Program-made: the position numbers and the translations under genes
Notes under the pieces: generated by a model
Told to the model about the DNA's origin: nothing
Databases searched by the model: none
What the model saw: the letters and a program-made list of their open reading frames with translations, nothing else
In this document: piece by piece, positions 46,667-56,506 of the stretch
Layout: every line of letters starts with the position of its first letter
Position numbering within the stretch: the first letter of the stretch is position 1
Assembly (NCBI GenBank): GCA_964637115.1
Contig: CAZWVL010000005.1
Span: forward strand, 1-64,000
DNA: 64,000 nucleotides
Direction: 5' to 3'
DNA from: an uncultured Methanosarcinales archaeon
GTDB lineage: Archaea > Nanobdellota > Nanobdellia > Woesearchaeales > ARS49

Positions 46667-47526
46667 TTTCTTTCTCCTGCTGCTGCAAGTTCGCGTGTTT
46701 TTGTGTCGTAGTCGAGATTCAGTTCGTATCCTTCTCTTGCGGCTTTTGTTCGTGGGAAGTCTAGCTGTGCTCTTTCAACGATTTTGTCAATTGTTTCATC
46801 TGAGTGTGTTGGGTCGTGGTGGAAGAGGTGGAGTTCCTTCACATTTGATGCTTTTGCTATTTTGATTCCTTCTTCAAATGTGCTGTGTCCCCATCGCTGT
46901 TTTTGCGGGTATTCTTCTGGCGTGTACTGTCCGTCGTAAATCAAAACGTCGGCGTCTTTTGCCAGTTTGATCAGTTTTCCGTCTGGCACAGAATAGTGTT
47001 CTGTGTCTGTTGCGTACACGATGCTTTTTCCAGAGTGCTCAATTTTGTAGGCGAACACGCCGTTGGGGTGATTCAGTCGTGCGGGTGTTATTTTTACTTG
47101 TCCGATGTCGAAAGGCTGCCATTCTTTTAATTCATGGAAGTTCAATGTTGCGGTGAATTTCGCGTCTTCTGGAAAGCAAGGAGGCTCTTGCTGTCCGTCT
47201 ATCGCATCCTGCACTGTTTTGCCTAACCTTTTTTCTCCGTAGAGGTCAAATTCGTTTCCTCTGATGTACGCTGGGATGAAGAATGGCCAGCCTTGTATGT
47301 GGTCCCAGTGCGTGTGGCTGATGAGCACGTGTGCTTTGCCTTGTCCTTTTGAGTAGTCTCTTGCCATCAGCTCAAGTCCTAGTTTTCTTATTCCGCTTCC
47401 GGCATCGCAGATGATTAATTGGTTGTCTGCTTCTACTGCCACACAGCTCGTGTTTCCTCCGTACTTTACTGTTTCTGGTCCTGGTGCTGGTATGCTTCCT
47501 CTTACCCCATAGTATTTTAGTTTCAT
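46663..47526 (-). CDS. MBL-fold metallo-hydrolase (phosphodiesterase/RNase Z-like)
   Basis: GVRGSIP, YGGNTSC, DAGSG, SHTHWDHIQG, HPNG, TDTE, WGHS, HHDP. Confidence 0.9.
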   Translation of the reverse strand: MKLKYYGVRGSIPAPGPETVKYGGNTSCVAVEADNQLIICDAGSGIRKLGLELMARDYSKGQGKAHVLISHTHWDHIQGWPFFIPAYIRGNEFDLYGEKRLGKTVQDAIDGQQEPPCFPEDAKFTATLNFHELKEWQPFDIGQVKITPARLNHPNGVFAYKIEHSGKSIVYATDTEHYSVPDGKLIKLAKDADVLIYDGQYTPEEYPQKQRWGHSTFEEGIKIAKASNVKELHLFHHDPTHSDETIDKIVERAQLDFPRTKAAREGYELNLDYDTKTRELAAAGERK

Positions 47527-47741
47527 TTTTCATCACCAAATAACATATTGGCTTGTGGCTACAAGAAACCTGTGGGTGGAAACTGCGCTAAATCAGCAAA
47601 AAGCGGTATTTATTTGAGGTTTTTGAGAGTTAATTGCCAAGAATATAGAACGATTGCGCAAAAAACGTAAAGTATATAAATACGAATCGTGAAAATGCTG
47701 AATTTGATGGCTGTAGTTTTATATAGTGTAGAGGTAATATT

Positions 47742-48758
47742 ATGGGCATGAAGGTTTTGCAGGTCAAGCCAGAAGCTGCCAAGGTGCAGTTGGATGCGTA
47801 TGATAGGAAGATTTTGTTTGCTATGGCTCAGAATTGTAGGACTCCTACAAATCAGATTGCCAAGAGTGTTGGCTTGAGCAGGGATGCCGTGCGCTATCGC
47901 ATCAAGAGGCTTGAGGACGCAGGAGTTATTCAGGGGTATAGGACTATTGTTAACGTGACGCGTCTTGGTTTCTTGAACGTTCATTTGTTGTTGCAGTTGA
48001 ATCAGCCTAATGTTGAGGCTGAGAAGCGGTTGGTTGAGAAGTTCAAGGCGTATCCTTTTGTCAGAGCGATTATCAAGTTTAGCGGTAAGTATGATTTTGA
48101 GCTGGCTTTGATTGCGAGAGACGTGCACGAGCTCGAGGGAGTTCTTTCTCGTGTTATCGAGGATTGTGGTGAGTTCTTGCAGGATTATAATTTGCTTTTT
48201 ATTACCAAGACTTTTTCAGGGAAGACTTTTCCTGATAACTTTTTGAAGGCGCCTGCAGAGGTTAAGCAGGTTCAATATGATGAGCCTAAGCTTGACGAGC
48301 TTGATTATAAGCTTCTTAGCGTTATTTCTGATCATGCATACCTTCCTTTGCAGCATATCGCGCAGAAGCTTGGCGTTTCTGCTGATACTGTTAAATATCG
48401 GATGAAGAATTTGAAGCAGTGTGGTGTTATTGCTGGTTTCGTTCCTGTTATTAATTATGATTTGATTAATTATAACGTGTATGCTATTTTGTTGAGCATT
48501 GCGGGTTTTAGTGAGAAAAGGGAAGCTACTCTGCGGGAATTCTTGAGGACGAACAAAGATGTTTTGTGGGGTGTGAAGACGATTGGCAAGTATAATGTGT
48601 TTCTGTATATTTGCACTTCCAATCCTGATGATTTGGTCAAGACCACTGCAGAGCTGAGGAGTTACTTTACTCAGTCAGTGCGTGATTACGAAACATTGAT
48701 TAATTATGAAGAATACACGTATACGTATTTCCCTGAAGTTGCGAGAAAGATGAGATGA
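47742..48758 (+). CDS. Tandem-domain Lrp/AsnC transcriptional regulator
   Basis: Two HTH+RAM modules (LDAYDRKIL...RYRIKRLEDAGVI; LDELDYKLL...KYRMKNLKQCGVI); TATA TTTTATATA upstream. Confidence 0.9.
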   Translation: MGMKVLQVKPEAAKVQLDAYDRKILFAMAQNCRTPTNQIAKSVGLSRDAVRYRIKRLEDAGVIQGYRTIVNVTRLGFLNVHLLLQLNQPNVEAEKRLVEKFKAYPFVRAIIKFSGKYDFELALIARDVHELEGVLSRVIEDCGEFLQDYNLLFITKTFSGKTFPDNFLKAPAEVKQVQYDEPKLDELDYKLLSVISDHAYLPLQHIAQKLGVSADTVKYRMKNLKQCGVIAGFVPVINYDLINYNVYAILLSIAGFSEKREATLREFLRTNKDVLWGVKTIGKYNVFLYICTSNPDDLVKTTAELRSYFTQSVRDYETLINYEEYTYTYFPEVARKMR

Positions 48759-49165
48759 GCTGGAAAAAAGAGTTGTATAGGGATATTGAATCATTGGGTT
48801 CTTTGTTATTTGTTGTTATAGTTGCAGCTCGGTCATTAGTGGGCTCTCATTGGAGGTTTTTCCTATCTTTGGTGATTGCTGTTGTATTGAGTTATGTCTT
48901 CTGGCAGGCCATTAGGAAATTGACTGGTGTGAAGGCCAGTTCGCATGTTTCTAATGCAATGATTCTGTTTATCGTGATTGGCGGATTTTACCAGTCAATA
49001 GGATTCACTCTGTTTACCATTGCAGTGGGTTGTTTGCTGCTGTATGGGCATTCGCAGATACGGAAACATAAGAAAGGCGAGATGGTGTGGGGCGTTGTTA
49101 ATGGCGTTGTTTCTGCCGGTCTTGGCGCTTGGATTACATACGGATATTTGTTGCCCAAAACTTGA
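48755..49165 (+). CDS. 4-TM membrane protein (PAP2-like?)
   Basis: Hydrophobic; SH and RKH...G...G near the C-terminus. Confidence 0.5.
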   Translation: MSWKKELYRDIESLGSLLFVVIVAARSLVGSHWRFFLSLVIAVVLSYVFWQAIRKLTGVKASSHVSNAMILFIVIGGFYQSIGFTLFTIAVGCLLLYGHSQIRKHKKGEMVWGVVNGVVSAGLGAWITYGYLLPKT

Positions 49166-49177
49166 TTATTGCTTATA

Positions 49178-49531
49178 TTAGATTGGTTCTACAGTTAATA
49201 TGTTTCGGCCAGGCATTAGGAAGGAAACTGAGTGTTTGAGCAATTCCATCCCTATAAGGGCAAAATCTGTATCAGACGCGATGACGTTGACTTTTATGCG
49301 TTTGTTTAACCATTCTATTTCTGCTTCGTACATCTCGGTTCTTGAAGGGACGCCATCAGCCATCACGTAACGCACATTTCCAATTTTTGGAAGATTGTGT
49401 TTCTTTATGAGTGTTATCGGAAGAAGCAGAGAGCCGTTAAATCCTGTGTCAACCAAGCATTCGATGTCCTGATTCTGTACTCGAAGAGTTGCAAAAGGCA
49501 TTCCAAAAAGATAACGTGCGTTCATACGCAT
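49178..49531 (-). CDS. Clan AA aspartic protease (AF_0612-like)
   Basis: LVDTGFNG catalytic motif; ADG; ALIGMELL. Confidence 0.85.
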   Translation of the reverse strand: MRMNARYLFGMPFATLRVQNQDIECLVDTGFNGSLLLPITLIKKHNLPKIGNVRYVMADGVPSRTEMYEAEIEWLNKRIKVNVIASDTDFALIGMELLKHSVSFLMPGRNILTVEPI

Positions 49532-49740
49532 CCGATAAAATAGGTTGCACGTGCACCAACACGCATAAAGAAAAATTCCTTGCCCGGGTGCTTCTGACGT
49601 CCTTTTTCGAGCGCTTCCATAGTGTCAATTCCTAGGAAGTAGTCGCCGCTGTCTGGCTCTATTGCAACAATATTTCCCTCTTTTCCTTTTAGTTTGCTTT
49701 TGATATGTTCGTATATTTCTTCCGCGCGTTCAATGTTCAT
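49522..49740 (-). CDS. Small DUF5678-like partner protein
   Basis: GNIVAIEPDSGDYFLG...EALEKGRQKHP; overlaps the protease start. Confidence 0.7.
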   Translation of the reverse strand: MNIERAEEIYEHIKSKLKGKEGNIVAIEPDSGDYFLGIDTMEALEKGRQKHPGKEFFFMRVGARATYFIGCV

Positions 49741-49803
49741 TGAAAGCATAACGTCGTGGTGGTTAATAAATCCATCGTCGACAAAGTTGTAAACTTTACG
49801 GAT

Positions 49804-50400
49804 TCAGGCGTTTAGATGTTTCACACACATTAGCGCATGTATCTTGTGCCCTTTCTCATCTATTTCTAGAATTGTTACTGCGCAATTTTCATGGATGTAT
49901 TCCAGCCACTTTTCTTTTGGCACTTTTAGATAGTGTAAGAGAAATTGCCTTATTGGTCCTCCGTGGCTTACTATTAGAACTGTCTTGTCGTGTTCTTTTT
50001 TTATTAGCTGTTCCATGAATGTCGTAATTCTTTTTCTGAGTTCCTGGAATGATTCTCCGCCTTCTGGTTTTAGTTCATATGGATCTATTCCTGCTGCTTC
50101 AGCAGCTTTTCTCATTGAGCCGTGCGTCATTCCTTCAAATATGCCTAGATTTTGTTCTCTGACTGCCGGTTCGTAGATGACTTCTGCTTTTGGGTGAAAT
50201 TTGATGATTTCTGCAGCCGTATCTACACATCTTTTCAGGTCGCTGACAAATATTTTGTCTATTTTCTCGTCTTTTAGCCTCAATGCTAATTTCTTGGTCT
50301 GCTCTATGCCTTTCTGCGTTAGTTTGCCGGGCATATGTCCCTGGTTTATCTTGGCAACGTTCTCTTCTGTTTCTCCGTGTCTGACTAATATGAGTCTCAT
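49804..50400 (-). CDS. Histidine phosphatase family (phosphoglycerate-mutase-like)
   Basis: LVRHGET, SDLKR, REQ, GGES, VSHGG. Confidence 0.92.
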   Translation of the reverse strand: MRLILVRHGETEENVAKINQGHMPGKLTQKGIEQTKKLALRLKDEKIDKIFVSDLKRCVDTAAEIIKFHPKAEVIYEPAVREQNLGIFEGMTHGSMRKAAEAAGIDPYELKPEGGESFQELRKRITTFMEQLIKKEHDKTVLIVSHGGPIRQFLLHYLKVPKEKWLEYIHENCAVTILEIDEKGHKIHALMCVKHLNA

Positions 50401-50445
50401 TTAGAGTGGGCAAAATTCATAACCTTTAAATATTACTATCGCTTC

Positions 50446-50471
50446 CGATATATCTCAATCGATATATCGAT
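50446..50471. promoter_or_regulatory. Probable PadR operator: CGATATATC repeat and 14-bp palindrome ATCGATATATCGAT
   Basis: Lies between TATA TTTAAATA (50425-32) and the PadR ATG (50478); palindrome at 50458-50471. Confidence 0.6.
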
Positions 50472-50477
50472 ACCGAC

Positions 50478-50987
50478 ATGGCTAGCTCAATGCTTCGTGG
50501 ATTCCTGAAAGTGGTTGTTTTGAAAGCGTTAGCTGAATCTCCTAAGTCTGGCTATGCGTTGATGAAATACATTGAGAGCAAGGTCGGCTCAAAGCCAAGT
50601 CCGGGCAGTATGTATCCATTGCTTGAAGCTTTGGAAAAGGAAGAATTGGTTGAGGTCAAAGGCGTTGGTCGAACTAAAGAGTACAAATTGACTGTTGAAG
50701 GCAAGCACACTATTGAATCAATGGAAGAAAAGCGCAATGAGTGTCTGAAGAACATGCTTGAGGGCATGAAAATGATGTCTGCCTTGACTGGCGAGGACAT
50801 GAGTTTTCCAATGGCGATGGTTGAGAGCATTCGCAAGGGTGAGTTTCCATTCAAGGAAGTCAATCCTGAGTGGGATAATTTGAGAAATCAGATGTTTGTG
50901 ATGTGGAAAACGGGCGTTTTGAAAATTAAGGCTCCGAAAGTCCGCAAAATTCTATCAGCATCATATAAGGAGTTGAAATCGGTATGA
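50478..50987 (+). CDS. PadR family transcriptional regulator
   Basis: LRGFLK..VL, SGYALM, PSPGSMYPLL, YKLTVEG. Confidence 0.9.
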   Translation: MASSMLRGFLKVVVLKALAESPKSGYALMKYIESKVGSKPSPGSMYPLLEALEKEELVEVKGVGRTKEYKLTVEGKHTIESMEEKRNECLKNMLEGMKMMSALTGEDMSFPMAMVESIRKGEFPFKEVNPEWDNLRNQMFVMWKTGVLKIKAPKVRKILSASYKELKSV

Positions 50988-51664
50988 AGAAGCCGATTAT
51001 TGAGCTGAGGAGAGTCTGGAAGACTTATAAGATGGGTGAGAATCTTGTGCACGCTCTTCGCGGTATTGATTTGGACGTCCGGCAGGGAGAATTTTTGGCA
51101 ATTCAGGGTCCGTCAGGAAGTGGCAAGTCTACTGCAATGAATCTTGTTGGCTGTCTTGACATTCCAACTAGAGGCGAGATTTATCTTGATGGTCAGAATA
51201 TTGGCAAACTGCACGAGAGTGATTTGGCTCAGATTCGCGGCAGGAAAATCGGCTTTATTTTTCAGAAGTTCAACTTGATTGAAACCCTTACTGCGTTTGA
51301 AAATGTGATGCTGCCAATGACTTTTCAGGGTATTCCTGAGAATGAGCGCAGGAAGCGGGCTGTAAAATTGCTGACTCAATTCGGCCTTGGTGAAAGAATG
51401 CACCATAAACCGAATGAGTTGTCTGGCGGTCAGCAGCAAAGAGTGGCAATTGCCCGTGCTCTTGCAGTTGATCCTGAAGTTATTCTTGCAGACGAGCCAA
51501 CTGGCAACTTGGACAGCAAGACTGGTCACGAAGTTATTGATTTCCTTAAAATGATTAACAAAAAGGATGGCAAGACGATTGTTATGGTGACGCACGAAGA
51601 CTCACTTGCCAAGCATGCTGACAGGATTGTGTATTTGAAAGACGGTTTGACCGTCAGGAGGTAG
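50984..51664 (+). CDS. ABC transporter ATP-binding protein (LolD/MacB-type)
   Basis: [31 protein letters not shown]. Confidence 0.95.
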   Translation: MKKPIIELRRVWKTYKMGENLVHALRGIDLDVRQGEFLAIQGPSGSGKSTAMNLVGCLDIPTRGEIYLDGQNIGKLHESDLAQIRGRKIGFIFQKFNLIETLTAFENVMLPMTFQGIPENERRKRAVKLLTQFGLGERMHHKPNELSGGQQQRVAIARALAVDPEVILADEPTGNLDSKTGHEVIDFLKMINKKDGKTIVMVTHEDSLAKHADRIVYLKDGLTVRR

Positions 51665-51668
51665 GAAA

Positions 51669-52841
51669 ATGAGAAAAATTATTGCAATTGTACTATTATT
51701 GGCGCTCGCATTGAGCGTGCATGCTGCGAGGGCTCCTGAAATTACTGCGTCGATTTTGCGGTATACGCCTACACCTGCTGAACAGGGTAATACTGTTGAT
51801 ATTTGGATTTCTCTGGAAAATGCAGGCACTACTGCGAAGAATATTGTGGTGAAGTTCGTGCCTGAATACCCGTTCAACCTGCCAGAGGGGCAGAAGGGCG
51901 AGATTAATGCCGGTTCTGTTGCGCAGACTGAGAGCAAAGTTGTAAAGTTTACGGTGTTTGTTGACCAGAACGCTCCGAATGGTGATTCTAATATTAAGTT
52001 CCAGTATTCTGTTGATGGCGGGCAGTGGGCTCAGTTGGAAGCTCCTATTAGCTTGCAGACGCAGAACGCTGTTATTGTGGTTGATGAATATGTGGTTAAT
52101 CCTTCTCAGATTGTTCCTGGCCAGATTGTTGATGTTAAGCTTAAATTGCGTAATGCGGGAAGGATTGCTGTTAAGAATGTTGATGCGAGCATTGACTTGG
52201 TTGATGGCAAGTTCTCAACTATCGGCATGGGCGCGATGAAGCGTATTGATTTTATTGGCGCTGGTGAGACTGAAGAGTTAACTTTCAAGCTGGCATCTGA
52301 TACTTCAACTGAAGTTAAAGTTTACAATATTCCTGTGTCGCTTTCGTATCAGGATGAGCGCAATAAAGTTTTGAGCTCAACTGCAAAGATTAGTCTTGTT
52401 GTCAATGCAAAGCCGGAACTTTCACTTACTATAGACAGCACTAAATTTGACAGCAAGAAAGTTCCTGGCACTGTTTCTTTGAAAGTCGTGAACAAGGGTG
52501 TTGTTAATTTGAAATACGTTACTGTTCGCCTTGTCCAGACTCCTGACTACGAAATCCTGAGCACGTCAAACGAAGCTTATGTTGGCAACTTGGATTCTGA
52601 TGACTTTGAGACTGTTGACTTTACTGTCAAGCCTCTTGTTGCTTCTCCTCGTCTTTCAGTGCAGTTGGAGTTCAAGGATCCGTACAACGTGGACTTTAGC
52701 CAACAGTATGATTTGCCATTGCGCATTATTACTGAGAAAGAATTGGGCAAAGAAGGATTCCCGTGGGGAAAAGTTGTCGTTGTGCTGCTGATTATCGGCG
52801 GTATCGTTTACTGGTACTTCAAGAGAAAGAAGAAACGGTAA
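51669..52841 (+). CDS. COG1361 S-layer-family accessory protein
   Basis: Signal peptide, repeated Ig-like L.N.G...A.NV segments, YVGNLDSDD, C-terminal TM + KRKKKR. Confidence 0.8.
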   Translation: MRKIIAIVLLLALALSVHAARAPEITASILRYTPTPAEQGNTVDIWISLENAGTTAKNIVVKFVPEYPFNLPEGQKGEINAGSVAQTESKVVKFTVFVDQNAPNGDSNIKFQYSVDGGQWAQLEAPISLQTQNAVIVVDEYVVNPSQIVPGQIVDVKLKLRNAGRIAVKNVDASIDLVDGKFSTIGMGAMKRIDFIGAGETEELTFKLASDTSTEVKVYNIPVSLSYQDERNKVLSSTAKISLVVNAKPELSLTIDSTKFDSKKVPGTVSLKVVNKGVVNLKYVTVRLVQTPDYEILSTSNEAYVGNLDSDDFETVDFTVKPLVASPRLSVQLEFKDPYNVDFSQQYDLPLRIITEKELGKEGFPWGKVVVVLLIIGGIVYWYFKRKKKR

Positions 52842-52844
52842 GCA

Positions 52845-54059
52845 ATGCTAAAAGATTATTTTTTAATTGCTTTTGGCAGTCTTCGTAAGAGATTTCTTCG
52901 CACGTCTCTTACGATGCTTGGCATTTTCATCGGCATAGCTGCAGTCGTAGCTCTTATCTCGTTAGGTCAGGGCATGCAGGCTGCTATTAACCAGCAGTTT
53001 TCTAGTATAGGTACTGACAAGATAGTTTTGCAGGGTGTGCAGGCTGGTTTTGGCCCTCCTGGACAGCTGGCTGCCGGCAAAGTGACCGAAAAAGATCTTG
53101 ATTTGTTACGCAGCGTGCCTGGAGTGAAGCGTGCTGCTGGCAGATTGCTGCGTTCTGTGAATGTTGAGCTTGCCGACCATGTTGAAGTGATTTTTGGCGT
53201 GAGTATTCCAGAGGAAACAGAAGATCGCGATCTTGTTGTCGAGTCTCTTGATATTAAAGTTGCGGAAGGCAGAATGTTGAAGCCGGGAGAAAGGGGCAAA
53301 CTATTGGTTGGTGAGCATTATTGGAGTGACGAACATTTTCCTAAGCCGATTGTTGTTGGGACAAAGCTTTTGTTGAATGGCAAGTCGTATGAAGTTGTTG
53401 GCTTGCTGGCGAAGGGTGCTGCGTTCGTGAATGGCGCGCTTGTGTTGAATGAAGATGACCTTCGGGAGTTGACGAATGCGGGTGACGAGTTAAGCGCTAT
53501 TGTTGCGCAAGTTGTTCCTGGAGAAGTTCCTAGTGATGTTGCGGATAGAGTGTTGCGTGCTGTTCGTCGTGACCGTCATCAGAAAGAGGGTTTTGAAGAC
53601 ATTACGGTTGAGACTTCTGAAGAGCTGATTGACAGCATTAATACAATTCTTGGTGTTGTGCAGGCTGTGTTTATCGGCATCGCGGCTATTTCATTGCTTG
53701 TTGGCGGCATCGGAATTATGAACACGATGTACACTTCTGTTCTTGAAAGAACTCATGATATTGGCATTATGAAGGCGATTGGCGCGCGTAATTCGGATAT
53801 TTTGTGGATTTTTTTGCTTGAGTCTGGCTTGCTTGGTATGGCCGGCGGTGTTGTTGGAATTGCTTTAGGTGTTGGTCTTTCCAAGCTTGTCGAGTTTGTC
53901 GGCCAGGGTTTTGCTGGCAGTTTGTTGAAGGCTTCTTTCCCGCTGTCATTGATTATTGGCGCTTTGTTGTTTTCTTTCCTTATCGGCACGATTTCAGGTG
54001 TGTTTCCTGCACGGCAAGCGTCTAAGTTGCCGCCGGTGGAGGCGTTGCGCGGTGATTGA
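52845..54059 (+). CDS. ABC transporter permease (MacB/FtsX-type)
   Basis: RTSLTMLGIFIGIAAVV, SLLVGGIGIMNTM, ERTHDIGIMKAIGA. Confidence 0.93.
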   Translation: MLKDYFLIAFGSLRKRFLRTSLTMLGIFIGIAAVVALISLGQGMQAAINQQFSSIGTDKIVLQGVQAGFGPPGQLAAGKVTEKDLDLLRSVPGVKRAAGRLLRSVNVELADHVEVIFGVSIPEETEDRDLVVESLDIKVAEGRMLKPGERGKLLVGEHYWSDEHFPKPIVVGTKLLLNGKSYEVVGLLAKGAAFVNGALVLNEDDLRELTNAGDELSAIVAQVVPGEVPSDVADRVLRAVRRDRHQKEGFEDITVETSEELIDSINTILGVVQAVFIGIAAISLLVGGIGIMNTMYTSVLERTHDIGIMKAIGARNSDILWIFLLESGLLGMAGGVVGIALGVGLSKLVEFVGQGFAGSLLKASFPLSLIIGALLFSFLIGTISGVFPARQASKLPPVEALRGD

Positions 54060-55263
54060 GCTCTTTAAACTGGCGATTAGGAATATCGGGAAGCGCAAGA
54101 AGCGCACTGCTTTGACTTTGCTGGGTATTTTTATTGGTATTGCCGCTGTTGTGGCTTTGGTTTCTCTTGGCCAGGGCTTGCAGGGTACTATTAATGCGCA
54201 GTTTGAGAAGATTGGTGCTGACAAAATCTTTGTGCAGGCTAAGGAGATTGGTTTTGGCGGCGAAACTGCCCCGGGTCAGCTGAAGGAGCGTGAGCTTGAT
54301 ATTGTTGAGGATGTGAATGGTGTGGTCGCTGTTTCCGGGCAGTTGTTCAGGGCTGTGCAGGTTGAATTTAATGATGTTCAGCGTACTTTGTTCGTGATTG
54401 GGAATCCTGAGAAGGCTGCTGAGGTGCAGTTGGCGCGCGCCGCGAATACGTGGGAGGCTGAGTCTGGCAGGTTGTTGACGCATACTGATAAGGAAAAGGC
54501 TGTTGTCGGGTATAATTTGGCGCACAAGCAGCAGTTTTTGAGGGATGTTCGTATTGGCGATAAGCTGAAGATGGGTAACCGGACGTATGATGTGGTTGGC
54601 ATTTTGGCGCGTGTTGGCGATCCTAATGCTGACAGCGGTGTTATTATTCCTGAGCTGGAATTGCGTGATATTTCAGGTGCTCCTGATTCGTATTCCTATA
54701 TTGTTGCGCAGACAGTTGCTGGCGTGAATCCTGATGATGTTGGTGAAAGGATTGAGAAGGCTATCCGCAGAGACCGTCACCAAAAAGAAGGCAAGGAAGA
54801 CTTTTCTGTTCAGACTTCTACTGAACTTATTGCTTCTTTCAACGCTGTTTTCAATATTATTCAGGTTGTGTTTGTCGGCATTGCCGCAATTTCTCTTTTA
54901 GTCGGCGGCATTGGTATCATGAATGTTATGTTTACTGCAGTTCTTGAGCGTACGCGCGAGATTGGAGTTATGAAAGCGATTGGCGCGCGTAATTCTGATG
55001 TTCTTACTTTATTCTTGATCGAGTCAGGCTTGCTCGGTGTTGCAGGCGGCATTATCGGGATTATTTTGGGCGCTGCTATCAGCAAATCTGTCGAGTTTGG
55101 AGCAAATACTGCCTTTGGTCCTGGAACAATTACTGCAGTGTTTCCAGTCTGGCTGATTGTTGGCGCTTTAGTGTTTAGTTTTGTGATTGGCGCAGTTTCT
55201 GGCGCTTTGCCGGCGAGAAGGGCGAGCAAGTTGAGGCCGGTTGAGGCCCTTCGTTACGAGTAA
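54052..55263 (+). CDS. ABC transporter permease (MacB/FtsX-type), paralog
   Basis: Same motifs; GTG start at 54052 overlapping the upstream stop; ends PVEALRYE. Confidence 0.93.
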   Translation: MIELFKLAIRNIGKRKKRTALTLLGIFIGIAAVVALVSLGQGLQGTINAQFEKIGADKIFVQAKEIGFGGETAPGQLKERELDIVEDVNGVVAVSGQLFRAVQVEFNDVQRTLFVIGNPEKAAEVQLARAANTWEAESGRLLTHTDKEKAVVGYNLAHKQQFLRDVRIGDKLKMGNRTYDVVGILARVGDPNADSGVIIPELELRDISGAPDSYSYIVAQTVAGVNPDDVGERIEKAIRRDRHQKEGKEDFSVQTSTELIASFNAVFNIIQVVFVGIAAISLLVGGIGIMNVMFTAVLERTREIGVMKAIGARNSDVLTLFLIESGLLGVAGGIIGIILGAAISKSVEFGANTAFGPGTITAVFPVWLIVGALVFSFVIGAVSGALPARRASKLRPVEALRYE

Positions 55264-55295
55264 CCTTTTTAACCCACCTCATTTTCCAATCCTTT

Positions 55296-55661
55296 ATGTA
55301 CAAACCATTATGCTTGCTGTTATTATTCCTCATAGCCTGTACTACAATCCAGCAGCCAGAAGTAGTCACTCCAACTGATACGCCATCTGTTGTTGAGGAA
55401 GTTGTTGTGTCTGATTCAACTCCTAAAACAACTTCGAAAGTTTATACAGTTCCTGAAGTGCCTCCCATTGAAATGGTAGAAAATGAGTGTTCGGATATTG
55501 GCTGCCCTCTTGGCACAACTTTGATTGGTGATGCAAAAACAGACTTGTATTATGAATGTCGTTGTACGTTTGTGAAGTGGATTAAGCCAAGTGATTTGCT
55601 CTGTTTTGACTCAGAAGAAGAAGCTAAGGAAAGAGGTTATAGGGTAGCTCAGAGTTGTTAG
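55296..55661 (+). CDS. Lipoprotein with C-terminal Ada-metal-binding-like domain
   Basis: Lipobox LIAC; Pro/Thr/Glu linker; CRC...CFDSEEEAKERGYR..SC. Confidence 0.65.
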   Translation: MYKPLCLLLLFLIACTTIQQPEVVTPTDTPSVVEEVVVSDSTPKTTSKVYTVPEVPPIEMVENECSDIGCPLGTTLIGDAKTDLYYECRCTFVKWIKPSDLLCFDSEEEAKERGYRVAQSC

Positions 55662-55928
55662 ATGAATCGTTACAATGGCTGGACTAGGGTGGAGAATGGT
55701 TTGTGTTATTTGATTTCTCCGGACAACACCAAGATTGCTTACAAGAACGGAAAAATGGTTGAATTAACGTGGGTGCGCCGGATGGGTGGCGGTGTTTGCC
55801 CTAGGGAGCACGAGAGTGCTGAGGATTATGTGAGAAGAAGATTCAGTGGCAGTTTGAAGAAGAAAGATGTGAGAAATCTGGCTAGTGTTCTTGAAAATTT
55901 AGAAGAAAAATATAAGAAAAAATGTTAA
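55662..55928 (+). CDS. Hypothetical protein
   Basis: 88-aa ORF starting immediately after the upstream stop. Confidence 0.5.
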   Translation: MNRYNGWTRVENGLCYLISPDNTKIAYKNGKMVELTWVRRMGGGVCPREHESAEDYVRRRFSGSLKKKDVRNLASVLENLEEKYKKKC

Positions 55929-55985
55929 ATTCCATGTGTAATGTTTATAAGCTCATTTTAACTTCGAAATACAAAAGAGGCTAAA

Positions 55986-56462
55986 ATGCAAAAATTCATT
56001 TTGTTACTTCTTGTTTTGGTAGCAACGGTTGCTTTAGTTGGCCTGTTCTCTATCTCAGGCGCAGTGATGATGCCACTTCAAGATACAAACATAAGAGAAT
56101 TAAGAGGAATTATAAGTGACAAAAATGGCAAGAATTTGCCTACCGGTCAGATGAGGGCCTCAGCCCCGGATGGCACAGTGATTGGTCAGGGTGAGGTAGA
56201 CCAAATTAAGTACCAATTACAGCTAGCCAAAAAATGGATTGATTACCCCATTCTGAATGTCGAAGTAAATTCAGTGCGTCATTCTAGCTTTTCAGAGCGT
56301 ACATATAAGGATTACAAGCCAATGGATTGGCTTAGCTGTACAGAAATCAATGTACAACAATTATTGCAGCATGCACGTATGAGTCAAGCGTATATTGTAG
56401 TAGATTTGCAATGCGATAAACTTGAAACATTTGCACCTTTTTCGCAAAGACAAATGGAATAA
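55986..56462 (+). CDS. Secreted/membrane-anchored hypothetical protein (paralog family 1 of 3)
   Basis: N-terminal hydrophobic helix ending ISGAV; APDGTVIGQG...YQLQL...W. Confidence 0.65.
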   Translation: MQKFILLLLVLVATVALVGLFSISGAVMMPLQDTNIRELRGIISDKNGKNLPTGQMRASAPDGTVIGQGEVDQIKYQLQLAKKWIDYPILNVEVNSVRHSSFSERTYKDYKPMDWLSCTEINVQQLLQHARMSQAYIVVDLQCDKLETFAPFSQRQME

Positions 56463-56506
56463 ACTTATTTCATCCTTCTAAACAGAGCTTGAATAAAAAA
56501 ATAAAA

